A stretch of 64,000 bases of DNA, taken from Microcoleus sp. (GTDB taxonomy: Bacteria > Cyanobacteriota > Cyanobacteriia > Cyanobacteriales > Microcoleaceae). Position numbers and translations under genes: made by a program. Position 1 is the stretch's first letter. Each line of letters begins with the position of its first letter. Of the stretch, positions 19,546 through 31,540 are shown in pieces. Under the pieces are notes generated by a model. The model ran no database searches. It was given only the letters and a program-made list of their open reading frames with translations, and was not told where the DNA came from. Location: contig JAYFMW010000005.1 in assembly GCA_042408215.1 (NCBI GenBank), positions 288,001 to 352,000 on the forward strand, given 5' to 3'.

Positions 19546-21300
19546 TTAATAATGACTCCCCGACTTCCGGTGGTGTACTGCTGTCACCCCGTCATTTTTC
19601 AACAAATGACCGTTTTCAACTGCCGCATAAACTACCCAATGATCGCCGCATTCCATCCGACTCACCACCTCGCATTCCAGATAAGCCAAAGCATCACTTA
19701 ACACCGGACAACCATTGCTAGCTTCCATCGTTTCGACTCCAGCAAATCTGTCTTCTCCCGGAGCAAAGTTTTTCATGAAATACTTGCGTAACTGTCTCCC
19801 TTCTGCTAGAATATTCAGCACAAATTTATCGCCGGCATACATCAAAGCTTCGATCGCCCGATCCTTAGCAACCGCAATTGTCAAACCTGGAGGACTAAAC
19901 GTTGCTTGTGATACCCATGATGCGAGCATGGCACTGCTGACATCCCCCCGCTTGGCCGAGAGTACGCACAGGGAACCCACCAGTCTTCCTACTGCTTGTT
20001 CTGTGCGATCGCTCCCCCCAGTCAATGTCGCTTTTGGGGCCCGCAATTTTTGCGATCGAATCAAAGCTTGAGCAAAATCCGTCCCCGCTTCTTTGCACTC
20101 GTGAATCGTCGCAGCAGTCGGCTTAAATTTCGCTCGAATCGGTTCAAATCCGATGCGATAGCCAGCATCTTTTAACTTACCTTCTACTAAGTCGATCGCC
20201 TCTCCACTCCAGCCAAAAGAACCGAAAACCCCAGCCAGCTTACTCTTGGTTGCTGTAGATAAAACAACTCCCAAAGCCGTTTGAATTTGCGTCGGTGCGT
20301 GTCCTGCGAGGGTGGGAGTTCCGATGATAAATCCCGCGCATTTCTCGATCGCCTCTTGAATTTCTCCGGGTTCTGCAAATTCGCAGTTGATAGTTTCTAC
20401 CGCCACCCCAGCCTTAGTAATTCCTTTGGCGATCGCCTGCGCTAAAGTTGCCGTATTTCCGTAAGCAGAAGCATAAATCAACGCAACTGTCAAGTCTTTT
20501 GAATTTTGTTGTTGGCTCCATTCCCGATACAAATTGGTGAGTTCGTGGAGGCCGTAACGGACGATCGGGCCGTGACCCGGAGCATAAAATGCTGTTGACA
20601 AATCGGCTAACTTATCCATTGCCGCCAGCACTTGTTTCGCCTGCGATGCGTGCAGAGAATCATAATAATAGCGTCTGTCTTCGCTGTAAACGCTCCAACC
20701 TTCATCGAATACTTGATCGCCGCAAACGTGAGCTCCAAATAGTTTATCCGTAAACACAATTCGAGTCTGCGGGTCATAAGTGCAAAGTTCGTCCGGCCAG
20801 CGGGGAGTAGGAGTGGCGATGAATTTTAATTCGTGACCTTTTCCTAAGTTTAGTCTTTCTTCTCCTCGGACGATCATAATGTTTAATTCTTGCTCTGGAA
20901 AAGCACCTCGCAAGCTAATCGCGGCGGGATTTGTGCAAACAAATGCTATTTGAGGATACAATTCTAACAGAGCTTTAATTGTGACCGATCTGTTAGCATT
21001 AAAATGCCCCAAAATTACATAATCTAGCTTTTTCAAATCCACCCGCTTCTGCAAACATTCCAGATAGTTTTGAGTGAAAGATTCCCCCGGCGGGTCTAGC
21101 AAAGCTGTTTTGTCGGCTTGAATGATATAGCTATTGGCTGTTGTCCCTTTTTGCAGTGAATATTCTACTTCAAATTTGAGTCTGTCCCAAGTTCGCGATC
21201 GCACTGCTGCGGTATCTACTGCAATTTGAACAAACTGTACGTCGCGGGGTTTGGTATTAGATGGGGGTTTGGGAGTCAAAGTGTTAGTCATTGATTGCAC
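19546..21300 (-). CDS. flv1: Flavodiiron protein, non-canonical iron ligands (Flv1 type)
   Basis: RSRTWDRLKFEVEY, GHFNANR in place of HTEPDH, flavodoxin YASAYGNT, flavin reductase ending HHRKSGSHY. Confidence 0.85.
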   Translation of the reverse strand: MQSMTNTLTPKPPSNTKPRDVQFVQIAVDTAAVRSRTWDRLKFEVEYSLQKGTTANSYIIQADKTALLDPPGESFTQNYLECLQKRVDLKKLDYVILGHFNANRSVTIKALLELYPQIAFVCTNPAAISLRGAFPEQELNIMIVRGEERLNLGKGHELKFIATPTPRWPDELCTYDPQTRIVFTDKLFGAHVCGDQVFDEGWSVYSEDRRYYYDSLHASQAKQVLAAMDKLADLSTAFYAPGHGPIVRYGLHELTNLYREWSQQQNSKDLTVALIYASAYGNTATLAQAIAKGITKAGVAVETINCEFAEPGEIQEAIEKCAGFIIGTPTLAGHAPTQIQTALGVVLSTATKSKLAGVFGSFGWSGEAIDLVEGKLKDAGYRIGFEPIRAKFKPTAATIHECKEAGTDFAQALIRSQKLRAPKATLTGGSDRTEQAVGRLVGSLCVLSAKRGDVSSAMLASWVSQATFSPPGLTIAVAKDRAIEALMYAGDKFVLNILAEGRQLRKYFMKNFAPGEDRFAGVETMEASNGCPVLSDALAYLECEVVSRMECGDHWVVYAAVENGHLLKNDGVTAVHHRKSGSHY

Positions 21301-21515
21301 CTATTTCTATTAATTTTGCTACAGCAATGCTATTGATTTTGTGAATGAGATTTTTTTTTATTAACCGCAGAGGGCGCAGAGAACGCAGAGGAAGAAAGAA
21401 GAGAGGAAAAAAAACAAAAGATGGTTAGCCAGCTAATTTTTTCTTCCTTCTATCCCCTTGCGAATCCGTTGCTGAACATCCGTTACATCCCGTACATTGC
21501 CCGTTTCCGAACTTC

Positions 21516-23243
21516 TTAATAGTGATTTCCGACTTTCCGGTGGTGCACTGCGGGGAGTGCATCGGGATTGGATACGCGGCCGTTATCTACGATCGCATAT
21601 ACGATATGATGATCTGAAAGTTCCATCCGGCTGACTACTTCGCATTCCATGTAGGCTAAGGAATCTGTCAGAATGGGAGAACCGTTGGTTGCTGGTTGGG
21701 TTTTTACTCCGGAAAATCGATCGGCACCTGGTTGAAAACGTTTTAAAAAGTGCTTCATTAAGGTTTGATAATTGCCTTCTTCTAGCACGTTTAACACAAA
21801 TTTGTCTCCCGCGTGCATCATGGATTCGATCGCCCGATCTTTCGCCACTGCTATTGTTAAACCCAGTGGTTTAAAGCTGGCTTGCGTTACCCAAGAAGCT
21901 AGCATCGCACCGCTAACCTCGCCTTTTTGAGTGGTGATGATATACAGTCCGCCACTGATTCTTCCCAAGGCTTTATCGACATCACTATCCAAAGCTTTCA
22001 TCTGTTTGACGGCTTTGTCTCGTGTCAGCCATTGTCCTAAGTCTGTGCCGGCTTCGTCGCACAGTTGATAAATCGCTTCTGTTGGTGTTTCTTTAATCAA
22101 AATGTTGGGAAATATCTCTTTCAAACCCAACTCTTTGAATTTGTTTCGCAGCGGATAAATTGATGAGTCATCGCCTCCGCCGGATTCGCACAAACCGAAG
22201 GATTGTTTGTTGTTAGCTGCTACTAAAATTGTGTTGATGGCGGCTTCAGCATTCACCCCAGCAGGGCCGGTACTTGGTGGGGAACAAATTACAATCCCGG
22301 CGGCTGTACCCACGAGTTCGCGCACTTCTTGTAAGTCGGCGATTTTTAAATCCATCATTTCTACGGCTACACCGGTTTTGGTGATTCCGTGGGCGATCGC
22401 CTGACTGAGGCGATCGCTAAATCCGTAGTCGGATGTGTAAAATACTGCTACTGTGGTTTCTGCTTTGGTTTGTTCTTGGCTCCACTTTTTGTAGCGCCCG
22501 GTGAGTTCGACTACGTTGTACCTCAGCAAGGGACCGTGACCGGTCGCAACAGTACCTATTTCTCCTAAGTCGGCCATCCGCTTCATCGCACTTAAGACCG
22601 ATCGCGCGTTAGGAGCCATCAAACACTCATAATAAAAGTGGTAATCTTCCTCAACCGCTGCTAAATCGTCATCGTAGGTGCTGTCTGTACAGTAGTGCAT
22701 CCCAAAAGCATCGCAGGTGAACAGCACTTGACTTTTGCTGTCGTAGCTGAAAATAGTATCAGGCCAGTGCAAGTTCGGGGCCGATACGAATTCGATAATG
22801 TGACCGTTTCCTAAATCTAGTTTGTCACCATTTTTGACTACCAGTCGCTCAAAGGGCTGGTGTATCAGGTTTTCTAAAAATTGAATTGCTACTTTTGCGC
22901 CTACGACAATTGCTTGGGGTGCGATCGCCAGCACGTCTTTAACCAAACCGCTGTGGTCTGGTTCGGTATGGCTGATAATTATATAGTCAATCTGTTTCGG
23001 GTCGATTTCCCCCGTCAGAGTGTCCATGTATTGTTGGCGAAATTTCTCGTGAGAGGTATCGACGAGGGCTGTCTTTTCACCGCGAATGATAAATGAGTTA
23101 TAAGTTGTACCGTTTTTGAGTCCGAACTCAATGTCAAAGCGGTCTCGATCCCAGTCTAAGCATCGAATTGTTGTTGTATCAGTGGCAATTTCGACCTTTT
23201 CCACCGTCAATCTGCGTTGGACTCGTTCAGTCAGCGCTACCAT
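21516..23243 (-). CDS. flv3: Flavodiiron protein, canonical ligands (Flv3 type)
   Basis: DWDRDRFDIEFGL, SHTEPDHSG, LHWPD, CDAFGMH, ATGHG. Confidence 0.88.
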   Translation of the reverse strand: MVALTERVQRRLTVEKVEIATDTTTIRCLDWDRDRFDIEFGLKNGTTYNSFIIRGEKTALVDTSHEKFRQQYMDTLTGEIDPKQIDYIIISHTEPDHSGLVKDVLAIAPQAIVVGAKVAIQFLENLIHQPFERLVVKNGDKLDLGNGHIIEFVSAPNLHWPDTIFSYDSKSQVLFTCDAFGMHYCTDSTYDDDLAAVEEDYHFYYECLMAPNARSVLSAMKRMADLGEIGTVATGHGPLLRYNVVELTGRYKKWSQEQTKAETTVAVFYTSDYGFSDRLSQAIAHGITKTGVAVEMMDLKIADLQEVRELVGTAAGIVICSPPSTGPAGVNAEAAINTILVAANNKQSFGLCESGGGDDSSIYPLRNKFKELGLKEIFPNILIKETPTEAIYQLCDEAGTDLGQWLTRDKAVKQMKALDSDVDKALGRISGGLYIITTQKGEVSGAMLASWVTQASFKPLGLTIAVAKDRAIESMMHAGDKFVLNVLEEGNYQTLMKHFLKRFQPGADRFSGVKTQPATNGSPILTDSLAYMECEVVSRMELSDHHIVYAIVDNGRVSNPDALPAVHHRKVGNHY

Positions 23244-23720
23244 AACGTGCCTCCTTGTCAGTGACTCATACCTTATTACTTACATTCTTGCACGTTTTTT
23301 TTGTAAATCTTTATCAAATTTCCTATCAATCAGTTAAGTATCCCTAAAGTTATGGCAGAAGGAAGAAGGCTTTAGTTATCTAGGAGATCGGGCAGAAGAG
23401 CGATGTCAAAATTCCATAAAATTAATTTTCTGTCGATCGACTGTTGACAAAAAGCTAATATGTGTGGTAGGGAAACCGAGTTAGATCGGTTGGGCGATCG
23501 CCCCTTGAAGAAACTACCAGTCTAAATGCACCCGGTCTATAATAACATGAACTTATACCCAGTTGTGGATTACTCCATACTTTTGATACATGGCGGACAG
23601 GCATGACATCTGAAAACAATCTTTTGGCAGTAACAGCTTGTACTCAATAATTATTTATTTATTGAAACAATATTAAAATTAATTAAGCCTTTTAGTCACA
23701 ATAGACTAGATCCTATCCCA

Positions 23721-26243
23721 ATGCCAAACAACCTAAATCCTGAAGTTACACAATTGCTCCTGTCAGCAGCCGAAAATCCAGCAGACGAGACAGTCAATCT
23801 GTCGCAGTCTCAAAGAGAACAGCAAAAGGCACTAGCTGGTGTAATTGCCAGGATTCGACAATCGTTAGATTTAGAAACAATATTTAAAACCACTGCGATC
23901 GAAGTCCGCAGCTTGCTGAAAGCCGATCGAGTAGGAGTATTTCGCTTCTCTCCCGCATTGGACTGGGAAGGGGAATTTGTTTCCGAAGATGTCGCTCCAC
24001 AATGGGATTCAGCGATCGCCACAAAAGTCTACGACTACTGCTTTGGCCAACAGTTTGCCGTCCACTACCAACAAGGTAAAGTACAAGCAGTTGCAGATAT
24101 CCATAACGCAGATTTAAGCAATTGTCAGATCGATATTCTGGCAAAATTTCAAGTCAGAGCCAATTTAATAGTACCGCTGTTGAAACAAAAAGAACTGTGG
24201 GGACTGCTCTGCATTCATCAATGCAGCAATCCCCGGGATTGGTTGGAGTCTGAGATTAATTTTACCAAACAAATTGCCGAATATTTGACAGTGGCAATCC
24301 AGCAAGCTGAATACCTGAAGAAAGTTCAAGATCAAGCAGAGCAACAACAAGCCTTGACAGCTCAACTGGCAAAAGCAACAGCCCAAGAAGCAGAGGCGAA
24401 ACGGCAAAAAGTCCTCGCTATTACTATTGATAAAATTCGCCAATCCCTCGACATTCAAACTATTTTTAATACCGCTTCTCAAGAAGTTAGGCAACTGTTG
24501 CAAGCTGACAGAGTAGCCATTTATCAATTTCATCCAGATTGGAGCGGGACATTTGTTGCAGAATCCCTCGCAAGTGGTTGGAATCCGCTAGTTAACATTC
24601 AGCCCATCATTGCAGATACTCACCTGCAAGAAACTCAAGGTGGACGGTATAAAGAGCATCAAACTTTTGCTGTCGATGACATCTATGAAATAGGACACGC
24701 AGATTGTCATCTTGCTTTATTAGAACAATTCGAGGCTAGAGCTTATGCGATCGCGCCGATTTTTCAGGGAGAAAAACTCTGGGGGTTGCTAGCAGCTTAT
24801 CAAAACTCAGAACCACGTCATTGGCAACAGTACGAGGTAGATTTACTTGCTCAAATTGGCACGCAGCTTGGTGTAGGTTTGCAGCAAGCTGAGTATGTCA
24901 AAAAAGTTCAGACACAAGCAGCCGATCGGCAGAGAGCACTTGCTACGACTGTAGAGAAAATTCGTCAGTCTCTCGATATTGATGTCATTTTTCAAACCGC
25001 AACTCAAGAAGTCCAGCAATTATTGGAAGTAGAGCGCGTAGCAATTTATCGATTTCACTCTGATTGGAGTGGCGAGTTTGTTGCTGATTCCATCGTCACT
25101 GGTGGGACTCCAATATTCACAAATCAGCCCGAAATTGCCGATGGTTTTTTGCAAGCAAATCAGGCAGGAAAGTATCCTCGACATGAAACTTTTGTGCCGA
25201 TTTTACAAGGCGAAAAACTCTGGGGATTGCTCGTAGCTTACCAAAACTCTCAGCCCCGCTATTGGCAAGACGAGGATATTAACTTGCTCGCTCAGGTGGG
25301 CTTGCAACTGGGAGTCGCACTTCAACAAGCGGAATTACTAACACAAACTCGCCAGCAAGCAGCAGAACTAAGCCAAACCTTGCAGGAGTTAAAACAGTCT
25401 CAAACCAGACTAATTCAAGGAGAAAAAATGGCTGGTTTGGGACAGTTAGTTGCTGGAGTTGCCCATGAAATTAATAACCCTGTGAATTTTATTTTAGGCA
25501 ACTTGACTCATGTGAACGAGTACACTCAAGCACTGCTAAATTTGATTAGTCTTTATCACAAAAACTATCCAGATCCTGTTTTAGAAATTCAAATAGAAGA
25601 AGATGATATAGATTTGGATTTCCTTAAGGAAGACTTACCGAAAACTCTGGCTTCAATGAACATCGGGGTCGATCGCATCCGGGGGATTGTTTCGTCGCTG
25701 CGTACCTTTTCTCGCATTGACGAAGCTCAAATGAAGCCAGTTGACATCCACGAAGGTATTGACAGCACGCTGTTAATTTTGCAGCACCGCTTTAAAGAAA
25801 GGAGCGATCGTCCCAGTATTCAGGTGATTAAGGAATATAATTGCTTACCATTGGTTGAGTGCTATCCAGCTCAACTAAATCAAGTGTTTATGAATATTTT
25901 GAGCAATGGGATTGACGCTCTGCAAGAAATATGCTTGCACAACTCTCCTGGAAAAACTCCGACTATTCACATTCGCACAAATCTGATTCTAGATCGCGTT
26001 GCAATTTGCATTGGCGACAACGGGCCAGGCATTCCAGAAGACGTGCGATCGCGCATTTTTGACCCTTTCTTTACTACAAAAGCAATCGGTAAGGGAACTG
26101 GTTTGGGGCTATCTATCAGCTACCAGATTGTTGTTGAAAAACACAAGGGTCAATTGCAGTGTATTTCCGATCGCGATCGAGGTACTGAGTTTTGGATTGA
26201 AATTCCGATTAAGCAATCATCCGATTTGAGATTTGAGATTTGA
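23721..26243 (+). CDS. Multi-GAF cyanobacteriochrome-type sensor histidine kinase
   Basis: GAF1 DYCF..CQ; GAF2 [14 protein letters not shown]; shortened GAF3; AHEINNP, N box, DPFFTTK..GTGLGL. Confidence 0.9.
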   Translation: MPNNLNPEVTQLLLSAAENPADETVNLSQSQREQQKALAGVIARIRQSLDLETIFKTTAIEVRSLLKADRVGVFRFSPALDWEGEFVSEDVAPQWDSAIATKVYDYCFGQQFAVHYQQGKVQAVADIHNADLSNCQIDILAKFQVRANLIVPLLKQKELWGLLCIHQCSNPRDWLESEINFTKQIAEYLTVAIQQAEYLKKVQDQAEQQQALTAQLAKATAQEAEAKRQKVLAITIDKIRQSLDIQTIFNTASQEVRQLLQADRVAIYQFHPDWSGTFVAESLASGWNPLVNIQPIIADTHLQETQGGRYKEHQTFAVDDIYEIGHADCHLALLEQFEARAYAIAPIFQGEKLWGLLAAYQNSEPRHWQQYEVDLLAQIGTQLGVGLQQAEYVKKVQTQAADRQRALATTVEKIRQSLDIDVIFQTATQEVQQLLEVERVAIYRFHSDWSGEFVADSIVTGGTPIFTNQPEIADGFLQANQAGKYPRHETFVPILQGEKLWGLLVAYQNSQPRYWQDEDINLLAQVGLQLGVALQQAELLTQTRQQAAELSQTLQELKQSQTRLIQGEKMAGLGQLVAGVAHEINNPVNFILGNLTHVNEYTQALLNLISLYHKNYPDPVLEIQIEEDDIDLDFLKEDLPKTLASMNIGVDRIRGIVSSLRTFSRIDEAQMKPVDIHEGIDSTLLILQHRFKERSDRPSIQVIKEYNCLPLVECYPAQLNQVFMNILSNGIDALQEICLHNSPGKTPTIHIRTNLILDRVAICIGDNGPGIPEDVRSRIFDPFFTTKAIGKGTGLGLSISYQIVVEKHKGQLQCISDRDRGTEFWIEIPIKQSSDLRFEI

Positions 26244-26256
26244 GATTTGAGATTAA

Positions 26257-26519
26257 GAGGATGTTTCACTCATTCTATAATGGTATATAGCGGTTCTCAA
26301 AAAAGTGAGGTATGCCCACGGAACCCTATGCCCTATGCCCCATGCCCCATGCCCTATGCCCAGTCGTACCTCATCTTTCTGAGAAAGGCTATAAATTTGT
26401 CATTCTGAATCGAGCGAAGCTTAACGAATAATCAGCGGGTTTCGGGAAAATACTTAGATGTTTCACTCCGATCGAGCAGCCTTCAACATCACAGATCAAG
26501 ACCCTTTTAAAACATCCTC
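26257..26519. mobile_element. TAA-flanked MITE containing a nested TA-flanked MITE (26288-26391) that itself holds CCCYATG heptamers
   Basis: TAA|GAGGATGTTT...AAACATCCTC|TAA; inner TA|TAGC..TTCTCA...TGAGAA..GCTA|TA. Confidence 0.75.
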
Positions 26520-26527
26520 TAAGGAAT

Positions 26528-28624
26528 TCAGCCCCTCTGATTAGTCAGCGGCAACTCGATAATCAACTCAGTTCCTTCACCAATCTGGCTGACACAGTTA
26601 ATCCGGCCACCGTGAGCTTGAACAATCACTTGATAGCACACTGAAAGCCCCAAACCAGTGCCTTTACCCACAGGTTTTGTCGTAAAAAATGGGTCAAAAA
26701 TCTTGTCTTGAATTTCCGCAGGAATGCCAGTACCTGTGTCGCGGACAGAAATTTTTACCCACCCTGGTTCGCTGGCTGTGCGAATTGTTAATTCCCCTGG
26801 TTTTTTACTTGAGTCGATCGCATCTAAAGCATTGTCAATCAATGCATAAAATACTTGATTTATTTGACCTGCATGACAGTTCACGAACGGCAGATTTCCG
26901 TATTCTTTGTTGATTTTGATATTTGGTTTGAGCTTATTTTGCAACATCAATAAACTACTTTCTAAACCTTCATTCAAATCTACAGCTTTAAATTCAGAGT
27001 GGTCTAAGCGAGAAAAACTCCGCAGCGTCGTCACAATCGAGCGAATCCGACCGCTGCCTTCTCGCATTGAATTGAGCAATTTGTCAAAGTCTTCTCGAAT
27101 GTAATCTAGTTCTAGTTCTTCGTTGATTTTGGCGATCGCCTCCACTGCTTCCGGGCCGGCTTGAGCGCACAAGTCAAGGGCTTCTGTTAATGTTTTTACG
27201 TATTCTTGAGCGTGAAACAAATTAGCGTGGATGAAATTGTTAGCGTTGTTAATTTCGTGAGCAATTCCCGCCACCATTTGCCCCAAACCGGACATTTTTT
27301 CGCTTTGAATCAATTGCTGTTGAGTCGATCGCAATTCTTCTAACGTAGCCTGCAACTGCTGGGTTTGAGCTTGAGATTTGACCGCAGCTTCTTGGACTTG
27401 GCTGTAGAGTTCTGCTTGCTGAATTGCGATCGCCATTTGGTCTGCTATCTGGGACAGCAACTCCATTTCTTGCTGCTCCCAATTGCGGGTATCGCCGCAC
27501 TCGTGAGCAATCAGCAAACCCCACAGCCTACCGGGGAATTTAGGATTATAGCTGACGGCTGTGTCGGGGGAATTTTCTTCGGTTCTCGATGTAACAATCG
27601 GTACAATCAGATTAGCTTTTACCTGCAAACTATCTAAAAAATCAACGTGACAAGGCTCTAAACCAGCATGAAAAACATCATTGATTGCTCTGACTCGTCC
27701 TTGCTGATAAAAATCGGCATAATCCCCCTTAAAACACTTGTCTGCACCCATATCTCCTAAAATTGAAGGCCAAGGGATGACCATATCTTCAACAACAACT
27801 TTTCCTTGCCAGTTATCTTGAAACTGATAGATAATTACCCGATCGCAATTCAACAGTTGGCGAACTTCCCTCACTGCTGTTTGCAGGATGGTATCGAGGT
27901 CTAGGGTACTGCGAATTTGGTTGCTAATCAGCCGCAGCAGCGATTCCTGTTCGGCGAGGCGACGAGTTTTGCTGTACAATTTAGCTTGATTGATCGCGAT
28001 CGCCAACTGCGAAGCCACCCCTTCTAACAACTGCCGTTCCCAATCAGTCCATTCCCGTTCGCGATCGCACTGGTGCAAGCCAATTATGCCATTCACTTCA
28101 CCTTGATAGCGAGTAGCTACTGCTAGCATTGACTTAATCTCCAAAGCCTCGACAATTTTTTTGCTTTGTTCGTTCAATCCCGGAAAATCTATAAACTTCG
28201 TCACTGCTAGTGAATCTTGCTGAGACACGATCGCTTCCAAGTGCGGATTGCCAGTAATCGGTACTTTCATGCCAAGCTGCATGGGATAGTCTCCGGCGTT
28301 GTATTCTCCCCGCGTGCTCAATGTTTTGTCTGTATTTGATTCTTTCACCAAAATACTCGATCGGCTGCACTTTAGCACTTGACCTAGCAACCTGCAAGCC
28401 GATGTCAAAATTTCTTCTATGTCGAGGGTACTGCGAATTTCATTGTTAATTTGGTTCAGCAACTTTGATAGCTGAACCTGCTGTTTCATCTGCATAATGA
28501 GGTTTTTGTGTTCGTCTACTTCTGGTAAGGTAAGTCCCTGTTCTGGCATCCACTTTTCTGATTCTAGCAACCAGGAATTTAATCTCGGTGATAGATGGTC
28601 TGATTCCTGTATATTGTAAGACAT
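26528..28624 (-). CDS. Two-GAF sensor histidine kinase; second GAF is DXCF cyanobacteriochrome-like
   Basis: DKCF and PCH cysteines; [23 protein letters not shown]. Confidence 0.9.
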   Translation of the reverse strand: MSYNIQESDHLSPRLNSWLLESEKWMPEQGLTLPEVDEHKNLIMQMKQQVQLSKLLNQINNEIRSTLDIEEILTSACRLLGQVLKCSRSSILVKESNTDKTLSTRGEYNAGDYPMQLGMKVPITGNPHLEAIVSQQDSLAVTKFIDFPGLNEQSKKIVEALEIKSMLAVATRYQGEVNGIIGLHQCDREREWTDWERQLLEGVASQLAIAINQAKLYSKTRRLAEQESLLRLISNQIRSTLDLDTILQTAVREVRQLLNCDRVIIYQFQDNWQGKVVVEDMVIPWPSILGDMGADKCFKGDYADFYQQGRVRAINDVFHAGLEPCHVDFLDSLQVKANLIVPIVTSRTEENSPDTAVSYNPKFPGRLWGLLIAHECGDTRNWEQQEMELLSQIADQMAIAIQQAELYSQVQEAAVKSQAQTQQLQATLEELRSTQQQLIQSEKMSGLGQMVAGIAHEINNANNFIHANLFHAQEYVKTLTEALDLCAQAGPEAVEAIAKINEELELDYIREDFDKLLNSMREGSGRIRSIVTTLRSFSRLDHSEFKAVDLNEGLESSLLMLQNKLKPNIKINKEYGNLPFVNCHAGQINQVFYALIDNALDAIDSSKKPGELTIRTASEPGWVKISVRDTGTGIPAEIQDKIFDPFFTTKPVGKGTGLGLSVCYQVIVQAHGGRINCVSQIGEGTELIIELPLTNQRG

Positions 28625-28935
28625 ATTTACTCAGTATTTTTGCTGTAAGATTTGAAACCTCTGCTCACCAGGCCAAGAGCCTGAGCCTAGCCACCCCGAA
28701 TATTGGAAATTATTAAAACATTATAAATGATACGGCCTTAGCTTAGCAACTTAACCATTTATCTATTATTTTTAATCAAAGAGAAAACTTCCGGTCTCTA
28801 GTAAGCAATACTAATGAGGTGGACGCAATTGAAGGTAAGATGTCAATTAGAGTTGACCGCCCGGTTGAGTCCAAAAAACTAACTTAAAATCTATCTTTAG
28901 TTCAATGTTTGTTGTCCTGCACTTCTTCAAGAGAA

Positions 28936-29856
28936 ATGGAAAGTCCTATGGCCGAAAGTTTTCAACCCAGCGCTCACACCAACAATCTTAACTGTCTGTT
29001 AACCAATACAGACCACATTAAAATAGCTTTGGCGATCGGCAATTCGCGGCTGCACTGGGGACTATTTGCTGGGGAAAATCTTCTGGAAACATGGGATACA
29101 CAGCATTTGAGTGCTGGTGCTGTGGAGCGGGTATCCGAGTCGGAAAAGGCAGAATATTTGGTGCAGACAGTAATTAGGTCGATCGAGGACATATCTGCTA
29201 AAAATCTCCTTTGTCTTCCTACTACTCCCGATTTTGCCAGCGATCGCAAACTTCCTTTGGTTCCATTACCTCTAATTTTAGCTTCTGTTGTGCCCGAGCA
29301 AACAGCACTTTGGCAGAGTTATCCTGATGTCGTAATTATTACTTTAGACCAGTTACCGCTCCAGGGACTCTATCCTACCCTGGGAATCGATCGAGCTTTG
29401 GCTTTACTCGGTGCTGGAACTGAATTAGGTTGGCCAGTTTTAGTTATAGATGCTGGTACTGCCTTAACATTTACTGGTGCTGATGTCAATAGGCGTTTAG
29501 TAGGAGGCGCTATTTTACCGGGTTTGGGTTTGCAGTTGTCGTCCCTAGGAGAAAAAACTGCTGCTTTACCTTTGTTAAGCTTACCAGAAAATATGCCACA
29601 GCGGTGGGCTACCGATACGGCGATCGCCATTGAAAGCGGAGTTGTGCGGGGGGTTGTAGCAGCCGTAAATGATTTTATTGAAGATTGGCTGCGTTTGTTT
29701 CCTGAGAGCAAAATTGGATTGACTGGGGGCGATCGAACTTTGTTATTAAAATATCTCGCCTCAGCCTTTCCCGATACAGCCGCAGCGGTAATTGAAAGCC
29801 CAGAAGCCATTTTTTGGGGTTTCAGAAATGTTTTCAAAGAGGGTTTAAAACAGTAG
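28936..29856 (+). CDS. coaX: Type III pantothenate kinase
   Basis: IGNSRLHW, LGIDR, VIDAGTA, GGAILPG, LTGGD. Confidence 0.92.
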   Translation: MESPMAESFQPSAHTNNLNCLLTNTDHIKIALAIGNSRLHWGLFAGENLLETWDTQHLSAGAVERVSESEKAEYLVQTVIRSIEDISAKNLLCLPTTPDFASDRKLPLVPLPLILASVVPEQTALWQSYPDVVIITLDQLPLQGLYPTLGIDRALALLGAGTELGWPVLVIDAGTALTFTGADVNRRLVGGAILPGLGLQLSSLGEKTAALPLLSLPENMPQRWATDTAIAIESGVVRGVVAAVNDFIEDWLRLFPESKIGLTGGDRTLLLKYLASAFPDTAAAVIESPEAIFWGFRNVFKEGLKQ

Positions 29857-30255
29857 CCTAAAAATCTAGAATTATCTAGATTTTTTCAGTTATTGACGAC
29901 TTGCACAACAATCGCGATCGACTTGAGAAACGCGCTACTTTGTGCGGGTTGTTAAAGCTTACTTGGTGTGAAAACCACAGAAACACTCTTGCTCAAACTA
30001 ATCATCAAAAAACCAAATATTTTAAGTCCTCTGCTAAATCAAGGCAGTCTCTAACTGGGAAGATCGGGCCAACCTGAGCAATCGGGAAACTTAGAGCATC
30101 CGATAAGGGCTAAACATAAACCGCTAAGTTTGACCTACAGATTTCTGTAGATTTTTAGAAGCGGTATTGAGTTTTGAGTTAGGAAAAAGGAAGATTAATT
30201 CTCAATGCTCAATGCCCAATGCCCGATGCCCAATGCCCGATGCCCAATGCCCAAT

Positions 30256-31065
30256 TCAATTAGCAAATTCCCGAATATACTTAGCAACAAGATCCGGCGA
30301 TTCCAAAGGCAAATTGCTGCCTCCCGAATTGATAAATTGAATCTCGGCATTAGCAGCCAGAGCAGCATAAGACTGACACAGAGACGAGGAAGCATCAGCC
30401 TGAGCTTGAGAGTTCTGCAACAGCAATAAAGGAGCTTTCAGCCCAGACAACTTCTCGTCAACCAACTCCGCCTTAATTGCGGCTCGCCGCCGCCCAAACA
30501 GCAATTTCATGGCAACTTTGGAATCTATCAACTGCTTTCTGAACTTTAGCAGTTCGTCAATCTTGGTTTGGCCGCCGAACCACTTAGCAATGGGATAAAT
30601 CGATCGCAGCAGCCAGTAAGCCACAGGAGGTTGAGCCGTCAGCCACCGAGCCTCCTGCCAGCGTCCCCGCCGCAGGCCCGTATTCACCCCTTCTGGCGCT
30701 AACAACACCAAGCCCTGGACTCGATCGGGATATTTGAGCGCGTAGCTAGTGGCCACCCAGCCGCCCAAAGAGTGACCAATTAAATAAACCTGTCGCAGAT
30801 TCAACGTATCGAGGTATTGGGCGAGACATTCTACTTCGAGGTCGATCGAATAATTCGTCTTAGGGCGTTCCGAATCGCCAAATCCCAGCAAATCCGGTGC
30901 GAAACAGTGGTAGTGGGGACATAAATATTCGATCGTCCTCAGCCACTGATTGCTATCGTCCCAAGAACCATGCAAAAACACCAAATTTGGGCCCTGGCCG
31001 ACTTCGTGCCAGAATATTTGGCCTAAAGAAAGTTTGACGCGAGAATTTCGTAGCTGTGAGTACAT
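30256..31065 (-). CDS. Alpha/beta hydrolase
   Basis: FLHG, PDLLGFGDS and GHSLGG nucleophile elbow. Confidence 0.9.
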   Translation of the reverse strand: MYSQLRNSRVKLSLGQIFWHEVGQGPNLVFLHGSWDDSNQWLRTIEYLCPHYHCFAPDLLGFGDSERPKTNYSIDLEVECLAQYLDTLNLRQVYLIGHSLGGWVATSYALKYPDRVQGLVLLAPEGVNTGLRRGRWQEARWLTAQPPVAYWLLRSIYPIAKWFGGQTKIDELLKFRKQLIDSKVAMKLLFGRRRAAIKAELVDEKLSGLKAPLLLLQNSQAQADASSSLCQSYAALAANAEIQFINSGGSNLPLESPDLVAKYIREFAN

Positions 31066-31540
31066 CCGGTTAAATATTTTTATATACAAAAACCATAATT
31101 ATATCTTCTGGGATGTCAATTTAAACAAGGAAAAAAGTTAAAATTCATTCAAAACTCATAATTTATCTCAATTCCGGTTGCACTCTTGGAGATGATTGTT
31201 GACAGTGACAGTTGACGGTTGACAGTGAGTCAAAAAACTGAAAATTGCGCTTATGCTTTGGTGACTACTTGACCAATAATTTCAAAGGTGGTACAAGCCC
31301 CCGGATTTATCCGTGGAATCAATCCAAAATCCCAAATCTAAAATCCTCAAGCCCCCGCATTTATACGTGGGGTAAATCTAAAATCTAAAATCTAAAATCT
31401 AAAATCGATTGACTCGACTTTACCAGGACGATGTTAGCGGATTTGATCTGATTGCGGATAATTTGTAAATCACCTTGGTGTGGCAATTCCCGACTTTCAT
31501 AAAATCTGGTGACCACCTTGTTTCAATCTAATCAATCTAA

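Noticed and set aside
29860..30190. Possible ncRNA between coaX and the hydrolase
   Set aside because: Only a short palindrome near 29860-29886; no recognisable family motif or second copy
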